NCBI RefSeq assembly: GCF_963921235.1
Contig: NC_086100.1
Span: 200,448,001-200,512,000, forward strand
DNA length: 64,000 nt
From: Mobula hypostoma
Lineage: Eukaryota
Reading direction: 5' to 3'
In this document: positions 32,901-44,900 of the stretch, piece after piece
Numbering within the stretch: the stretch's first letter is position 1
Layout of the letters: the number at the start of each line of letters is the position of its first letter
The notes under the pieces: model-generated
Told to the model about the DNA's origin: nothing
Seen by the model: the letters and a program-made list of their open reading frames with translations, nothing else
Databases searched by the model: none
Made by a program: the position numbers and the translations under genes

Positions 32901-35900
32901 TGTGGGGCAGAGAGCGAGGGGGGGTTGATTGTGGGAGAGAGTGCGAGGGGGGGTTGAGTGTGGGGGAGAGAGCGAGGCGGGGTTGAGTGTGGGAAGAGAG
33001 CGAGGGGGGGTAGAGTGTGGGAGAGAGAGCAAGGGGGGGTTGAGTGTCGGGGAGAGAGCGAGGGGGGGGTTGAGTGTTGCAGAGAGAGCGAGGGGGGGTT
33101 GAGTGTCGGGGAGAGAGTGAGGGAGAGTTGAGTGTGGGGGAGAGAGCGAGGGAGGGTCGAGTGTGGGGGAGAGAGCGAGGGGGGTTTGAGTGTGGGGGAG
33201 AGAGCGGGGGGGTTTGAGTGTGGGGGAGAGAGCGAGGTCGAGTGTGGGAGAGAGAGCGAGGGGGGGTCGAGTGTGGGGGAGAGAGCGAGCGGGGGTTGAG
33301 TGTGGGGCAGAGAGCGAGGGGGGGTTGATTGTGGGAGAGAGTGCGAGGGGGGGTTGAGTGTGGGGGAGAGAGCGAGGCGGGGTTGAGTGTGGGAAGAGAG
33401 CGAGGGGGGGTAGAGTGTGGGAGAGAGAGCAAGGGGGGGTTGAGTGTCGGGGAGAGAGCGAGGGGGGGGTTGAGTGTTGCAGAGAGAGCGAGGGGGGGTT
33501 GAGTGTCGGGGAGAGAGTGAGGGAGAGTTGAGTGTGGGGGAGAGAGCGAGGGAGGGTCGAGTGTGGGGGAGAGAGCGAGGGGGGTTTGAGTGTGGGGGAG
33601 AGAGCGGGGGGGTTTGAGTGTGGGGGAGAGAGCGAGGTCGAGTGTGGGAGAGAGAGCGAGGGGGGGTCGAGTGTGGGGGAGAGAGCGAGCGGGGGTTGAG
33701 TGTGGGGCAGAGAGCGAAGGGGGGTTGATTGTGGGAGAGAGTGCGAGGCGGGGTTGAGTGTGGGAAGAGAGCGAGGGGGGGTAGAGTGTGGGAGAGAGAG
33801 CGAGGGGGGGTTGAGTGTGGGGGAGAGAGTGAGGGAGAGTTGAGTGTGGGGGAGAGAGCGAGGGAGGGTCGAGTGTGGGGGAGAGAGCGAGGGGGGTTTG
33901 AGTGTGGGGGAGAGAGTGAGGGGGGTTGAGTGTGGGGGAGAGAGCGAGGGGGTTTGAGTGTGGGGGAGAGAGCGAGGGGGGTTGAGTGTGGGGAGAGAGC
34001 AAGGGGGTTCGAGTGTGGGGGAGAGAGCGAGGGGGTTGAGTGTGGGGGAGAGAGTGAGGGAGAGTTGAGTGTGGGGGAGAGAGCGAGGGAGGGTCGAGTG
34101 TGGGGGAGAGAGCGAGGGGGGTTGAGTGTGGGGGAGAGAGCGAGGGGGTTGAGTGTGGGGGAGAGATCAAGGGGGGTTGAGTGAGTGTGGGGAGAGAGTG
34201 AGGGGGGTCAAGTGTGGGGGAGAGAGCGAGGGGGGTTGAGTGTGGGGAGAGAGCAAGGGGGGTTCGAGTGTGGGGGAGAGAGCGAGGGGGGGTTGAGAGT
34301 GGGGGAGAGAGCGGGGGGGTCGAGTGTGGGGAGAGAGCGAGGGGGGGCTGAGTGTGGTGGAGAGAGTGAGGGAGGTTGAGTGTGGGGGAGAGAGCAAGGG
34401 GGTTCGAGTGTGGGGGAAAGAGCGAGGTCAAGTGTGGGGGAGAGAGTGAGGGGGGGTTGAGTGTGGGGGAGAGAGTGAGGGGGGTTGAGTGTGGGGGAGA
34501 GAGCGAGGGGGGGTCGAGTGTGGGGGAGAGAGCGAGCAGGGGTTGAGTGTGGGGCAGAGAGTGAGGGGGGGTTGATTGTGGGAGAGAGAGCAAGGGGGGG
34601 TTGAGTGTGGGGAGAGAGCGAGGGGCGGTTGAGTGTGGGAAGAGAGCGAGAGGGGGTAGAGTGTGGGAGAGAGAGCAAGGGGGTGTTGAGTGTTGGGGAG
34701 AGAGCGAGGGGCGGTTGAGTGTGGGAGAGAGAGCGAGGGGGGGTTGAGTGAGGGGGAGAGAGCGAGGTCGAGTGTGGGGGAGAGAGTGAGGGGGGTTGAG
34801 TGTGGGGGAGAGAGTGAGGGGGGGGTTGAGTGTGGGGTAGAGAGTGAGGGGGGTTGAGTGTGGGGGAGAGAGTGAGGGGGGTTGAGTGTGGGTGAGAGAG
34901 CGAGGTCGAGTGTGGGAGAGAGAGCGAGGGGGGGTCGAGTGTGGGGGAGAGAGCGAGCGGGGGTTGAGTGTGGGGCAGAGAGCGAGGGGGGGTTGATTGT
35001 GGGAGAGAGTGCGAGGGGGGGTTGAGTGTGGGGGAGAGAGCGAGGCGGGGTTGAGTGTGGGAAGAGAGCGAGGGGGGGTAGAGTGTGGGAGAGAGAGCAA
35101 GGGGGGGTTGAGTGTCGGGGAGAGAGCGAGGGGGGGGTTGAGTGTTGCAGAGAGAGCGAGGGGGGGTTGAGTGTCGGGGAGAGAGTGAGGGAGAGTTGAG
35201 TGTGGGGGAGAGAGCGAGGGAGGGTCGAGTGTGGGGGAGAGAGCGAGGGGGGTTTGAGTGTGGGGGAGAGAGCGGGGGGGTTTGAGTGTGGGGGAGAGAG
35301 CGAGGTCGAGTGTGGGAGAGAGAGCGAGGGGGGGTCGAGTGTGGGGGAGAGAGCGAGCGGGGGTTGAGTGTGGGGCAGAGAGCGAGGGGGGGTTGATTGT
35401 GGGAGAGAGTGCGAGGGGGGGTTGAGTGTGGGGGAGAGAGCGAGGCGGGGTTGAGTGTGGGAAGAGAGCGAGGGGGGGTAGAGTGTGGGAGAGAGAGCAA
35501 GGGGGGGTTGAGTGTCGGGGAGAGAGCGAGGGGGGGGTTGAGTGTTGCAGAGAGAGCGAGGGGGGGTTGAGTGTCGGGGAGAGAGTGAGGGAGAGTTGAG
35601 TGTGGGGGAGAGAGCGAGGGAGGGTCGAGTGTGGGGGAGAGAGCGAGGGGGGTTTGAGTGTGGGGGAGAGAGCGGGGGGGTTTGAGTGTGGGGGAGAGAG
35701 CGAGGTCGAGTGTGGGAGAGAGAGCGAGGGGGGGTCGAGTGTGGGGGAGAGAGCGAGCGGGGGTTGAGTGTGGGGCAGAGAGCGAAGGGGGGTTGATTGT
35801 GGGAGAGAGTGCGAGGCGGGGTTGAGTGTGGGAAGAGAGCGAGGGGGGGTAGAGTGTGGGAGAGAGAGCGAGGGGGGGTTGAGTGTGGGGGAGAGAGTGA

Positions 35901-38900
35901 GGGAGAGTTGAGTGTGGGGGAGAGAGCGAGGGAGGGTCGAGTGTGGGGGAGAGAGCGAGGGGGGTTTGAGTGTGGGGGAGAGAGTGAGGGGGGTTGAGTG
36001 TGGGGGAGAGAGCGAGGGGGTTTGAGTGTGGGGGAGAGAGCGAGGGGGGTTGAGTGTGGGGAGAGAGCAAGGGGGTTCGAGTGTGGGGGAGAGAGCGAGG
36101 GGGTTGAGTGTGGGGGAGAGAGTGAGGGAGAGTTGAGTGTGGGGGAGAGAGCGAGGGAGGGTCGAGTGTGGGGGAGAGAGCGAGGGGGGTTGAGTGTGGG
36201 GGAGAGAGCGAGGGGGTTGAGTGTGGGGGAGAGATCAAGGGGGGTTGAGTGAGTGTGGGGAGAGAGTGAGGGGGGTCAAGTGTGGGGGAGAGAGCGAGGG
36301 GGGTTGAGTGTGGGGAGAGAGCAAGGGGGGTTCGAGTGTGGGGGAGAGAGCGAGGGGGGGTTGAGAGTGGGGGAGAGAGCGGGGGGGTCGAGTGTGGGGA
36401 GAGAGCGAGGGGGGGCTGAGTGTGGTGGAGAGAGTGAGGGAGGTTGAGTGTGGGGGAGAGAGCAAGGGGGTTCGAGTGTGGGGGAAAGAGCGAGGTCAAG
36501 TGTGGGGGAGAGAGTGAGGGGGGGTTGAGTGTGGGGGAGAGAGTGAGGGGGGTTGAGTGTGGGGGAGAGAGCGAGGGGGGGTCGAGTGTGGGGGAGAGAG
36601 CGAGCAGGGGTTGAGTGTGGGGCAGAGAGTGAGGGGGGGTTGATTGTGGGAGAGAGAGCAAGGGGGGGTTGAGTGTGGGGAGAGAGCGAGGGGCGGTTGA
36701 GTGTGGGAAGAGAGCGAGAGGGGGTAGAGTGTGGGAGAGAGAGCAAGGGGGTGTTGAGTGTTGGGGAGAGAGCGAGGGGCGGTTGAGTGTGGGAGAGAGA
36801 GCGAGGGGGGGTTGAGTGAGGGGGAGAGAGCGAGGTCGAGTGTGGGGGAGAGAGTGAGGGGGGTTGAGTGTGGGGGAGAGAGTGAGGGGGGGGTTGAGTG
36901 TGGGGTAGAGAGTGAGGGGGGTTGAGTGTGGGGGAGAGAGTGAGGGGGGTTGAGTGTGGGTGAGAGAGCGAGGTCGAGTGTGGGAGAGAGAGCGAGGGGG
37001 GGTCGAGTGTGGGGGAGAGAGCGAGCGGGGGTTGAGTGTGGGGCAGAGAGCGAGGGGGGGTTGATTGTGGGAGAGAGTGCGAGGGGGGGTTGAGTGTGGG
37101 GGAGAGAGCGAGGCGGGGTTGAGTGTGGGAAGAGAGCGAGGGGGGGTAGAGTGTGGGAGAGAGAGCAAGGGGGGGTTGAGTGTCGGGGAGAGAGCGAGGG
37201 GGGGGTTGAGTGTTGCAGAGAGAGCGAGGGGGGGTTGAGTGTCGGGGAGAGAGTGAGGGAGAGTTGAGTGTGGGGGAGAGAGCGAGGGAGGGTCGAGTGT
37301 GGGGGAGAGAGCGAGGGGGGTTTGAGTGTGGGGGAGAGAGCGGGGGGGTTTGAGTGTGGGGGAGAGAGCGAGGTCGAGTGTGGGAGAGAGAGCGAGGGGG
37401 GGTCGAGTGTGGGGGAGAGAGCGAGCGGGGGTTGAGTGTGGGGCAGAGAGCGAAGGGGGGTTGATTGTGGGAGAGAGTGCGAGGCGGGGTTGAGTGTGGG
37501 AAGAGAGCGAGGGGGGGTAGAGTGTGGGAGAGAGAGCGAGGGGGGGTTGAGTGTGGGGGAGAGAGTGAGGGAGAGTTGAGTGTGGGGGAGAGAGCGAGGG
37601 AGGGTCGAGTGTGGGGGAGAGAGCGAGGGGGGTTTGAGTGTGGGGGAGAGAGTGAGGGGGGTTGAGTGTGGGGGAGAGAGCGAGGGGGTTTGAGTGTGGG
37701 GGAGAGAGCGAGGGGGGTTGAGTGTGGGGAGAGAGCAAGGGGGTTCGAGTGTGGGGGAGAGAGCGAGGGGGGTTGAGTGTGGGGGAGAGAGTGAGGGAGA
37801 GTTGAGTGTGGGGGAGAGAGCGAGGGAGGGTCGAGTGTGGGGGAGAGAGCGAGGGGGGTTTGAGTGTGGGGGAGAGTGCGAGGGGGTTTGAGTGTGGGGG
37901 AGAGAGCGAGGGGGGGTTGAGGGTGGGGGGATCGAGCGAGGGAGGGTTGAGTGTGGGGGGATCGAGCGAGGGGGGGTTGAGTGTGGGAGAGAGAGTGAGG
38001 GAGAGTTGAGTGTGGCTGAGAGGGCGAGGGAGGGTCGAGTGTGGTGGAGAGAGTGAGGGGGTTTGAGTGTGGGGGAGAGAGCGAGGGGGTTTGAGTGCGG
38101 GGGAGAGAGCGAGGGGGGTTGAGTGTGCGGAGAGAGCGAGGGGGGAGTTGAGTGTGGGGGAGAGAGCGAGGGGGGTTGAGTGTGGGGAGAGAGCAAGGGG
38201 GTTCGAGTGTGGGGGAGAGAGCGAGGGGGGTTGAGTGTGGGGGAGAGAGTGAGGGAGAGTTGAGTGTGGGGGAGAGAGCGAGGGAGGGTCGAGTGTGGGG
38301 GAGAGAGCGAGGGGGGTTTGAGTGTGGGGGAGAGTGCGAGGGGGTTTGAGTGTGGGGGAGAGAGCGAGGGGGGGTTGAGGGTGGGGGGATCGAGCGAGGG
38401 AGGGTTGAGTGTGGGGGGATCGAGCGAGGGGGGGTTGAGTGTGGGAGAGAGAGTGAGGGAGAGTTGAGTGTGGCTGAGAGGGCGAGGGAGGGTCGAGTGT
38501 GGTGGAGAGAGTGAGGGGGTTTGAGTGTGGGGGAGAGAGCGAGGGGGTTTGAGTGCGGGGGAGAGAGCGAGGGGGGTTGAGTGTGCGGAGAGAGCGAGGG
38601 GGGAGTTTAGTGTGGGGGAGAGAGCGGGGGGGTCGAGTGTGGGGAGAGAGCAAGGGGGGGCTGAGTGTGGTGGAGAGAGTGTGGGGATTGAGTGTGGGGG
38701 AGAGAGCGAGGGGGTTCGAGTGTGGGGGAGAGAGCAAGGACGAGTGTGGGGGAGAGAGTGAGGGGGGGTTGAGTGTGGGGGAGAGAGTGAGGGGGGTTGA
38801 GTGTGGGGGAGAGAGTGAGGGGGGTTGAGTGTGGGGGAGAGAGCGAGGTCGAGTGTGGGAGAGAGAGCAAGGGGGGGTCGAGTGTGGGGGAGAGAGCGAG

Positions 38901-41900
38901 GGGGGGTCGAGTGTGGGGGAGAGAGCGAGGGGGGGTTGATTGTGGGAGAGAGAGCGAAGGGGGGTTGAGTGTGGGGAGAGAGCGAGGGGGGGTTGAGTGT
39001 GGGGAGAGAGCGAGGGGGGTAGATTGTGGGAGAGAGAGCAAGGGGGGTTGAGTGTGGGGAGAGAGCGAGGGGGTTTGAGTGTGGGGGAGAGAGCAAGGGG
39101 GGTTGAGTGTGGGGAGAGAGCAAGGGGGTTCGAGTGTTGGGGAGAGAGCGAGGGGGGTTGAGTGTGGGGGAGAGAGTGAGGGAGAGTTGAGTGTGGGGGA
39201 GAGAGCAAGGTCGAGTGTGGGGGAGAGAGTGAGGTGGGGTTGAGTGTGGGGGAGAGAGTGAGGGGGTTGTGTGGGGGAGAGAGTGAGGGGGGTTGAGTGT
39301 GGGGGAGAGAGCGAGGTCGCATGTGGTAAGAGAGCAAGGGGGGTCGAGTGTGGGGGAGAGAGTGAGGGAGAGTTGAGTGTGGGGGAGAGAGCGAGGGAGG
39401 GTCGAGTGTGGGGGAGAGAGCGAGGGGGGTTTGAGTGTGGGGGAGAGAGCGAGAGGGTTTGAGTGTGGGGGAGAGAGCGAGGGGGGTTGAGTGTGGGGGA
39501 GAGAGCGAGGGGAGGTTGAGTGTGGGGGAGAGAGCGAGGGGGTTGAGTGTGGGGGAGAGAGCAAGGGGGGTTGAGTGAGTGTGGGGAGAGAGTGAGGGGG
39601 GTCAAGTGTGGGGGAGAGAGCGAGGGGGGTTGAGTGGGGGAGAGAGCGAGGAGGGGCTCAGTGTGGGGAGAGAGTGAGGGGGGTCGAGTGTTGGGGAGAG
39701 AGTGAGGGGGGTTGAGTGTGGCGGAGAGAGCGAGGGGGGGTTGAGTGTGGGGAGAGAGCGAGGGGGGTTGAGTGTGGGGAGAGAGCAAGGGGGGTTGAGT
39801 GTGGCGGAGAGAGCGAGGGGGGGTTGAGTGTGGGGGAGAGAGCGAGGTCGACTGTGGGAGAGAGAGCGAGGAGGGGTCGAGTGTGGGGGAGAGAGCGAGG
39901 GGGGTCGAGTGTGGGGGAGAGAGCGAGCGGGGGTCGAGTGTGGGGGAGAGAGCGAGGGGGGTTGATTGTGGGGGAGAGAGCGAGGGGGGTTGAGTGTGGG
40001 GAGAGAGCGAGGGGGGTAGAGTGTGGGGAGAGAGCAAGGGGGGTTCGAGTGTGGGGGAGAGAGCGAGGGGGGTTGAGTGTGGGGGAGAGAGCGGGGGGGT
40101 CGAGTGTGGGGAGAGAGCGAGGGGCGGCTGAGTGTGGTGGAGAGAGTGAGGGAGGTTGAGTGTGGGGGAGAGAGCAAGGGGGTTCGAGTGTGGGGGAGAG
40201 AGCGAGGTCGAGTGTGGGGGAGAGAGTGAGGGGGGGTTGAGTGTGGGGGAGAGAGTGAGGGGGGTTGAGTGTGGGGGAGAGAGCGAGGTCGAGTGTGGGA
40301 GAGAGAGCGAGGGGGGGTCGAGTGTGGGGGAGAGAGCGAGAGGGGGTTGATTGTGGGAGAGAGAGCGAGGGGGGGTTGAGTGTGGGGAGAGAGCGAGGGG
40401 GTAGAGTGTGGGAGAGAGAGCAAGGGGGGTTTGAGTGTGGGGAGAGAGCAAGGGGGTTCGAGTGTGGGGGAGAGAGAGAGGGGGGGTTGAGTGTTGCGGA
40501 GAGAGAAAGGGGGTTCGAGTGTGGGGGAGAGAGCGAGGGGGGGTTGAGTGTGGGAGAGAGAGCAAGGGGGGGTTGAGTGTGGGAGAGAGAGCGAGGGGGG
40601 GTTGAGTGTGGTGGAGAGAGTGAGGGAGAGTTGAGTGTGGGGGAGAGATCGAGGGAGGGTCGAGTGTGGGGTAGAGAGCGAGGGGGGTTTGAGTATGGGG
40701 GAGAGATCGAGGGGGTTTGAGTGTGGGGGAGAGAGCAAGGGGGGGGTTCAGTGTGGGGGGAATCGAGCGAAGGGGGGTTGAGTGTGGGGGGATCGAGCAA
40801 GGGGGTGTTGAGTGTGGGGGAGAGAGCGAGGGGGGTTGAGTGTGGGGGAGAGAGCAAGGGGGGTTGAGTGTGCGGAGAGAGCGAGGGGGGGTTGAGTGTG
40901 GGGGAGAGAGCGAGGGGTTTGAGTGTTGGGGAGAGAGCGAGGGGGGTTGAGTGTGGGGGAGAGAGCGAGGGGGGGGTTGAGTGTGGGGGAGAGAGCGAGG
41001 GGGTTTGAGTGTGGGGGAGAGAGCGAGGGGGGGTTGAGTGTGGGGGAGAGAGTGAGGGAGCGTTGAGTGTGGGGGAGAGAGCGAAGGAGGGTCAAGTGTG
41101 GGGGAGAGAGTGAGGGGGGTTGAGTGTTGCGGAGAGAGCGACTGAGGTTTGAGTGTGGGGGAGAGAGCGAGGGGGTTGAGTGTGGGAGAGAGAGCAAGGG
41201 GGGTTGAGTGAGTGTGGGGAGAGAGTGAGGGGGGTCAAGTGTGGGGGAGAGAGCGAGGGGGGGTTGAGTGTGGGGAGAGAGCGAGGGGGTAGAGTGTGGG
41301 AGAGAGAGCAAGGGGGGGTTGAGTGTAGGGAGATAGCAAGGGGGTTCGAGTGTGTGGGAGAGAGCGAGGGGGGGTTGAGTGTTGCGGAGAGAGCAAGGGG
41401 GTTCGAGTGTGGGGGAGAGAGCGAGGGGGGGTTGAGTGTGGGAGAGAGAGCAAGGGGGGGTTGAGTGTGGGAGAGAGAGCGAGGGGGGGTTGAGTGAGTG
41501 TGGGGAGAGAGTGAGGGGGGTCAAGTGTGGGGGAGAGAGCGAGGGGGGTTGAGTGGGGGAGAGAGCGAGGAGGGGCTCAGTGTGGGGAGAGAGTGAGGGG
41601 GGTCGAGTGTTGGGGAGAGAGTGAGGGGGGTTGAGTGTGGCGGAGAGAGCGAGGGGGGGTTGAGTGTGGGGAGAGAGCGAGGGGGGTTGAGTGTGGGGAG
41701 AGAGCAAGGGGGGTTGAGTGTGGCGGAGAGAGCGAGGGGGGGTTGAGTGTGGGGGAGAGAGCGAGGTCGACTGTGGGAGAGAGAGCGAGGGGGGGGTCGA
41801 GTGTGGGGGAGAGAGCGAGGGGGGTCGAGTGTGGGGGAGAGAGCGAGCGGGGGTCGAGTGTGGGGGAGAGAGCGAGGGGGGTTGATTGTGGGGGAGAGAG

Positions 41901-44900
41901 CGAGGGGGGTTGAGTGTGGGGAGAGAGCGAGGGGGGTAGAGTGTGGGGAGAGAGCAAGGGGGGTTCGAGTGTGGGGGAGAGAGCGAGGGGGGGTTGAGTG
42001 TGGGGGAGAGAGCGGGGGGGTCGAGTGTGGGGAGAGAGCGAGGGGCGGCTGAGTGTGGTGGAGAGAGTGAGGGAGGTTGAGTGTGGGGGAGAGAGCAAGG
42101 GGGTTCGAGTGTGGGGGAGAGAGCGAGGTCGAGTGTGGGGGAGAGAGTGAGGGGGGGTTGTGTGTGGGGGAGAGAGTGAGGGGGGTTGAGTGTGGGGGAG
42201 AGAGCGAGGTCGAGTGTGGGAGAGAGAGCGAGGGGGGGTCGAGTGTGGGGGAGAGAGCGAGAGGGGGTTGATTGTGGGAGAGAGAGCGAGGGGGGGTTGA
42301 GTGTGGGGAGAGAGCGAGGGGGTAGAGTGTGGGAGAGAGAGCAAGGGGGGTTTGAGTGTGGGGAGAGAGCAAGGGGGTTCGAGTGTGGGGGAGAGAGCGA
42401 GGGGGGGTTGAGTGTTGCGGAGAGAGCAAGGGGGTTCGAGTGTGGGGGAGAGAGCGAGGGGGGGTTGAGTGTGGGAGAGAGAGCAAGGGGGGGTTGAGTG
42501 TGGGAGAGAGAGCGAGGGGGGGTTGAGTGTGGGGGAGAGAGTGAGGGAGAGTTGAGTGTGGGGGAGAGATCGAGGGAGGGTCGAGTGTGGGGGAGAGAGC
42601 GAGGGGGGTTTGAGTGTGGGGGAGAGATCGAGGGGGTTTGAGTGTGGGGGAGAGAGCGAGGGGGGGTTCAGTGTGGGGGGAATCGAGCGAAGGGGGGTTG
42701 AGTGTGGGGGGATCGAGCAAGGGGGTGTTGAGTGTGGGGGAGAGAGCGAGGGGGGTTGAGTGTGGGGGAGAGAGCAAGGGGGGTTGAGTGTGCGGAGAGA
42801 GCGAGGGGGGGTTGAGTGTGGGGGAGAGAGCGAGGGGGGGGTTGAGTGTGGGGGAGAGAGCGAGGGGGTTTGAGTGTGGGGGAGAGTGCGAGGGGGGGTT
42901 GAGTGTGGGGGAGAGAGTGAGGGAGCGTTGAGTGTGGGGGAGAGAGCGAAGGAGGGTCAAGTGTGGGGGAGAGAGTGAGGGGGGTTGAGTGTTGCGGAGA
43001 GAGCGACTGAGGTTTGAGTGTGGGGGAGAGAGCGAGGGGGTTGAGTGTGGGGAGAGTGCGAGGGGTGGTTGAGTGTTGGGGAGAGAGCGAGGGGGGTTGA
43101 GTGTGGGGGAGAGAGCGAGGGGGTTGAGTGTGGGGGAGAGAGCAAGGGGGGTTGAGTGAGTGTGGGGAGAGAGTGAGGGGGGTCAAGTGTGGGGGAGAGA
43201 GCGAGGGGGGGTTGAGTGTGGGGAGAGAGCGAGGGGGTAGAGTGTGGGAGAGAGAGCAAGGGGGGGTTGAGTGTAGGGAGATAGCAAGGGGGTTCGAGTG
43301 TGGGGGAGAGAGCGAGGGGGGGTTGAGTGTTGCGGAGAGAGCAAGGGGGTTCGAGAGTGGGGGAGAGAGCGAGGGGGGGTTGAGTGTGGGAGAGAGAGCA
43401 AGGGGGCGTTGAGTGTGGGAGAGAGAGCGAGGGGGGTTTGAGTGTGGGGGAGAGATCGAGGGGGTTTGAGTGTGGGGGAGAGAGCGAGGGGGGGTTCAGT
43501 GTGGGGGGAATCGAGCGAAGGGGGGTTGAGTGTGGGGGGATCGAGCAAGGGGGGGGTTGAGTGTGGGGGAGAGAGCGAGGGGGGTTGAGTGTGGGGGAGA
43601 GAGCAAGGGGGGTTGAGTGTGCGGAGAGAGCGAGGGGGGGTTGAGTGTGGGGGAGAGAGTGAGGGGTTTGAGTGTTGGGGAGAGAGCGAGGTTGGTTGAG
43701 TGTGGGGGAGAGAGCGAGGGGGGGGTTGAGTGTGGGGGAGAGAGCGAGGGGGTTTGAGTGTGGGGGAGAGAGCGAGGGGGGGTTGAGTGTGGGGGAGAGA
43801 GTGAGGGAGCGTTGAGTGTGGGGGAGAGAGCGAAGGAGGGTCAAGTGTGGGGGAGAGAGTGAGGGGGGTTGAGTGTTGCGGAGAGAGCGACTGAGGTTTG
43901 AGTGTGGGGGAGAGAGCGAGGGGGTTGAGTGTGGGGGAGAGAGCGAGGGGTGGTTGAGAGTTGGGGAGAGAGCGAGGGGGGTTGAGTGTGGGGGAGAGAG
44001 CGAGGGGGGTTGAGTGTGGGGGAGAGAGCGAGCGGGGGTTGAGTGTGGGGGAGAGATCAAGGGGGGTTGAGTGAGTGTGGGGAGAGAGTGAGGGGGGTCA
44101 AGTGTGGGGGAGAGAGCGAGGGGGGTTGAGTGTGGGGAGAGAGCAAGGGGGGTTCGAGTGTGGGGGAGAGAGCGAGGGGGGGTTGAGAGTGGGGGAGAGA
44201 GCGGGGGGGTCGAGTGTGGGGAGAGAGCGAGGGGGGGCTGAGTGTGGTGGAGAGAGTGAGGGAGGTTGAGTGTGGGGGAGAGAGCAAGGGGGTTCGAGTG
44301 TGGGGGAAAGAGCGAGGTCAAGTGTGGGGGAGAGAGTGAGGGGTGGTTGAGTGTGGGGGAGAGAGTGAGGGGGGTTGAGTGTGGGGGAGAGAGCGAGGGG
44401 GGGTCGAGTGTGGGGGAGAGAGCGAGCAGGGGTTGAGTGTGGGGCAGAGAGTGAGGGGGGGTTGATTGTGGGAGAGAGAGCAAGGGGGGGTTGAGTGTGG
44501 GGAGAGAGCGAGGGGCGGTTGAGTGTGGGAAGAGAGCGAGGGGGGGTAGAGTGTGGGAGAGAGAGCAAGGGGGTGTTGAGTGTTGGGGAGAGAGCGAGGG
44601 GCGGTTGAGTGTGGGAGAGAGAGCGAGGGGGGGTTGAGTGAGGGGGAGAGAGCGAGGTCGAGTGTGGGGGAGAGAGTGAGGGGGGTTGAGTGTGGGGGAG
44701 AGAGTGAGGGGGGTTGAGTGTGGGGGAGAGAGTGAGGGGGGGTTGAGTGTGGGGTAGAGAGTGAGGGGGGTTGAGTGTGGGGGAGAGAGTGAGGGGGGTT
44801 GAGTGTGGGTGAGAGAGCGAGGTCGAGTGTGGGAGAGAGAGCGAGGGGGGGTCGAGTGTGGGAGAGAGAGCGAGGGGGGGTCGAGTGTGGGGGAGAGAGC

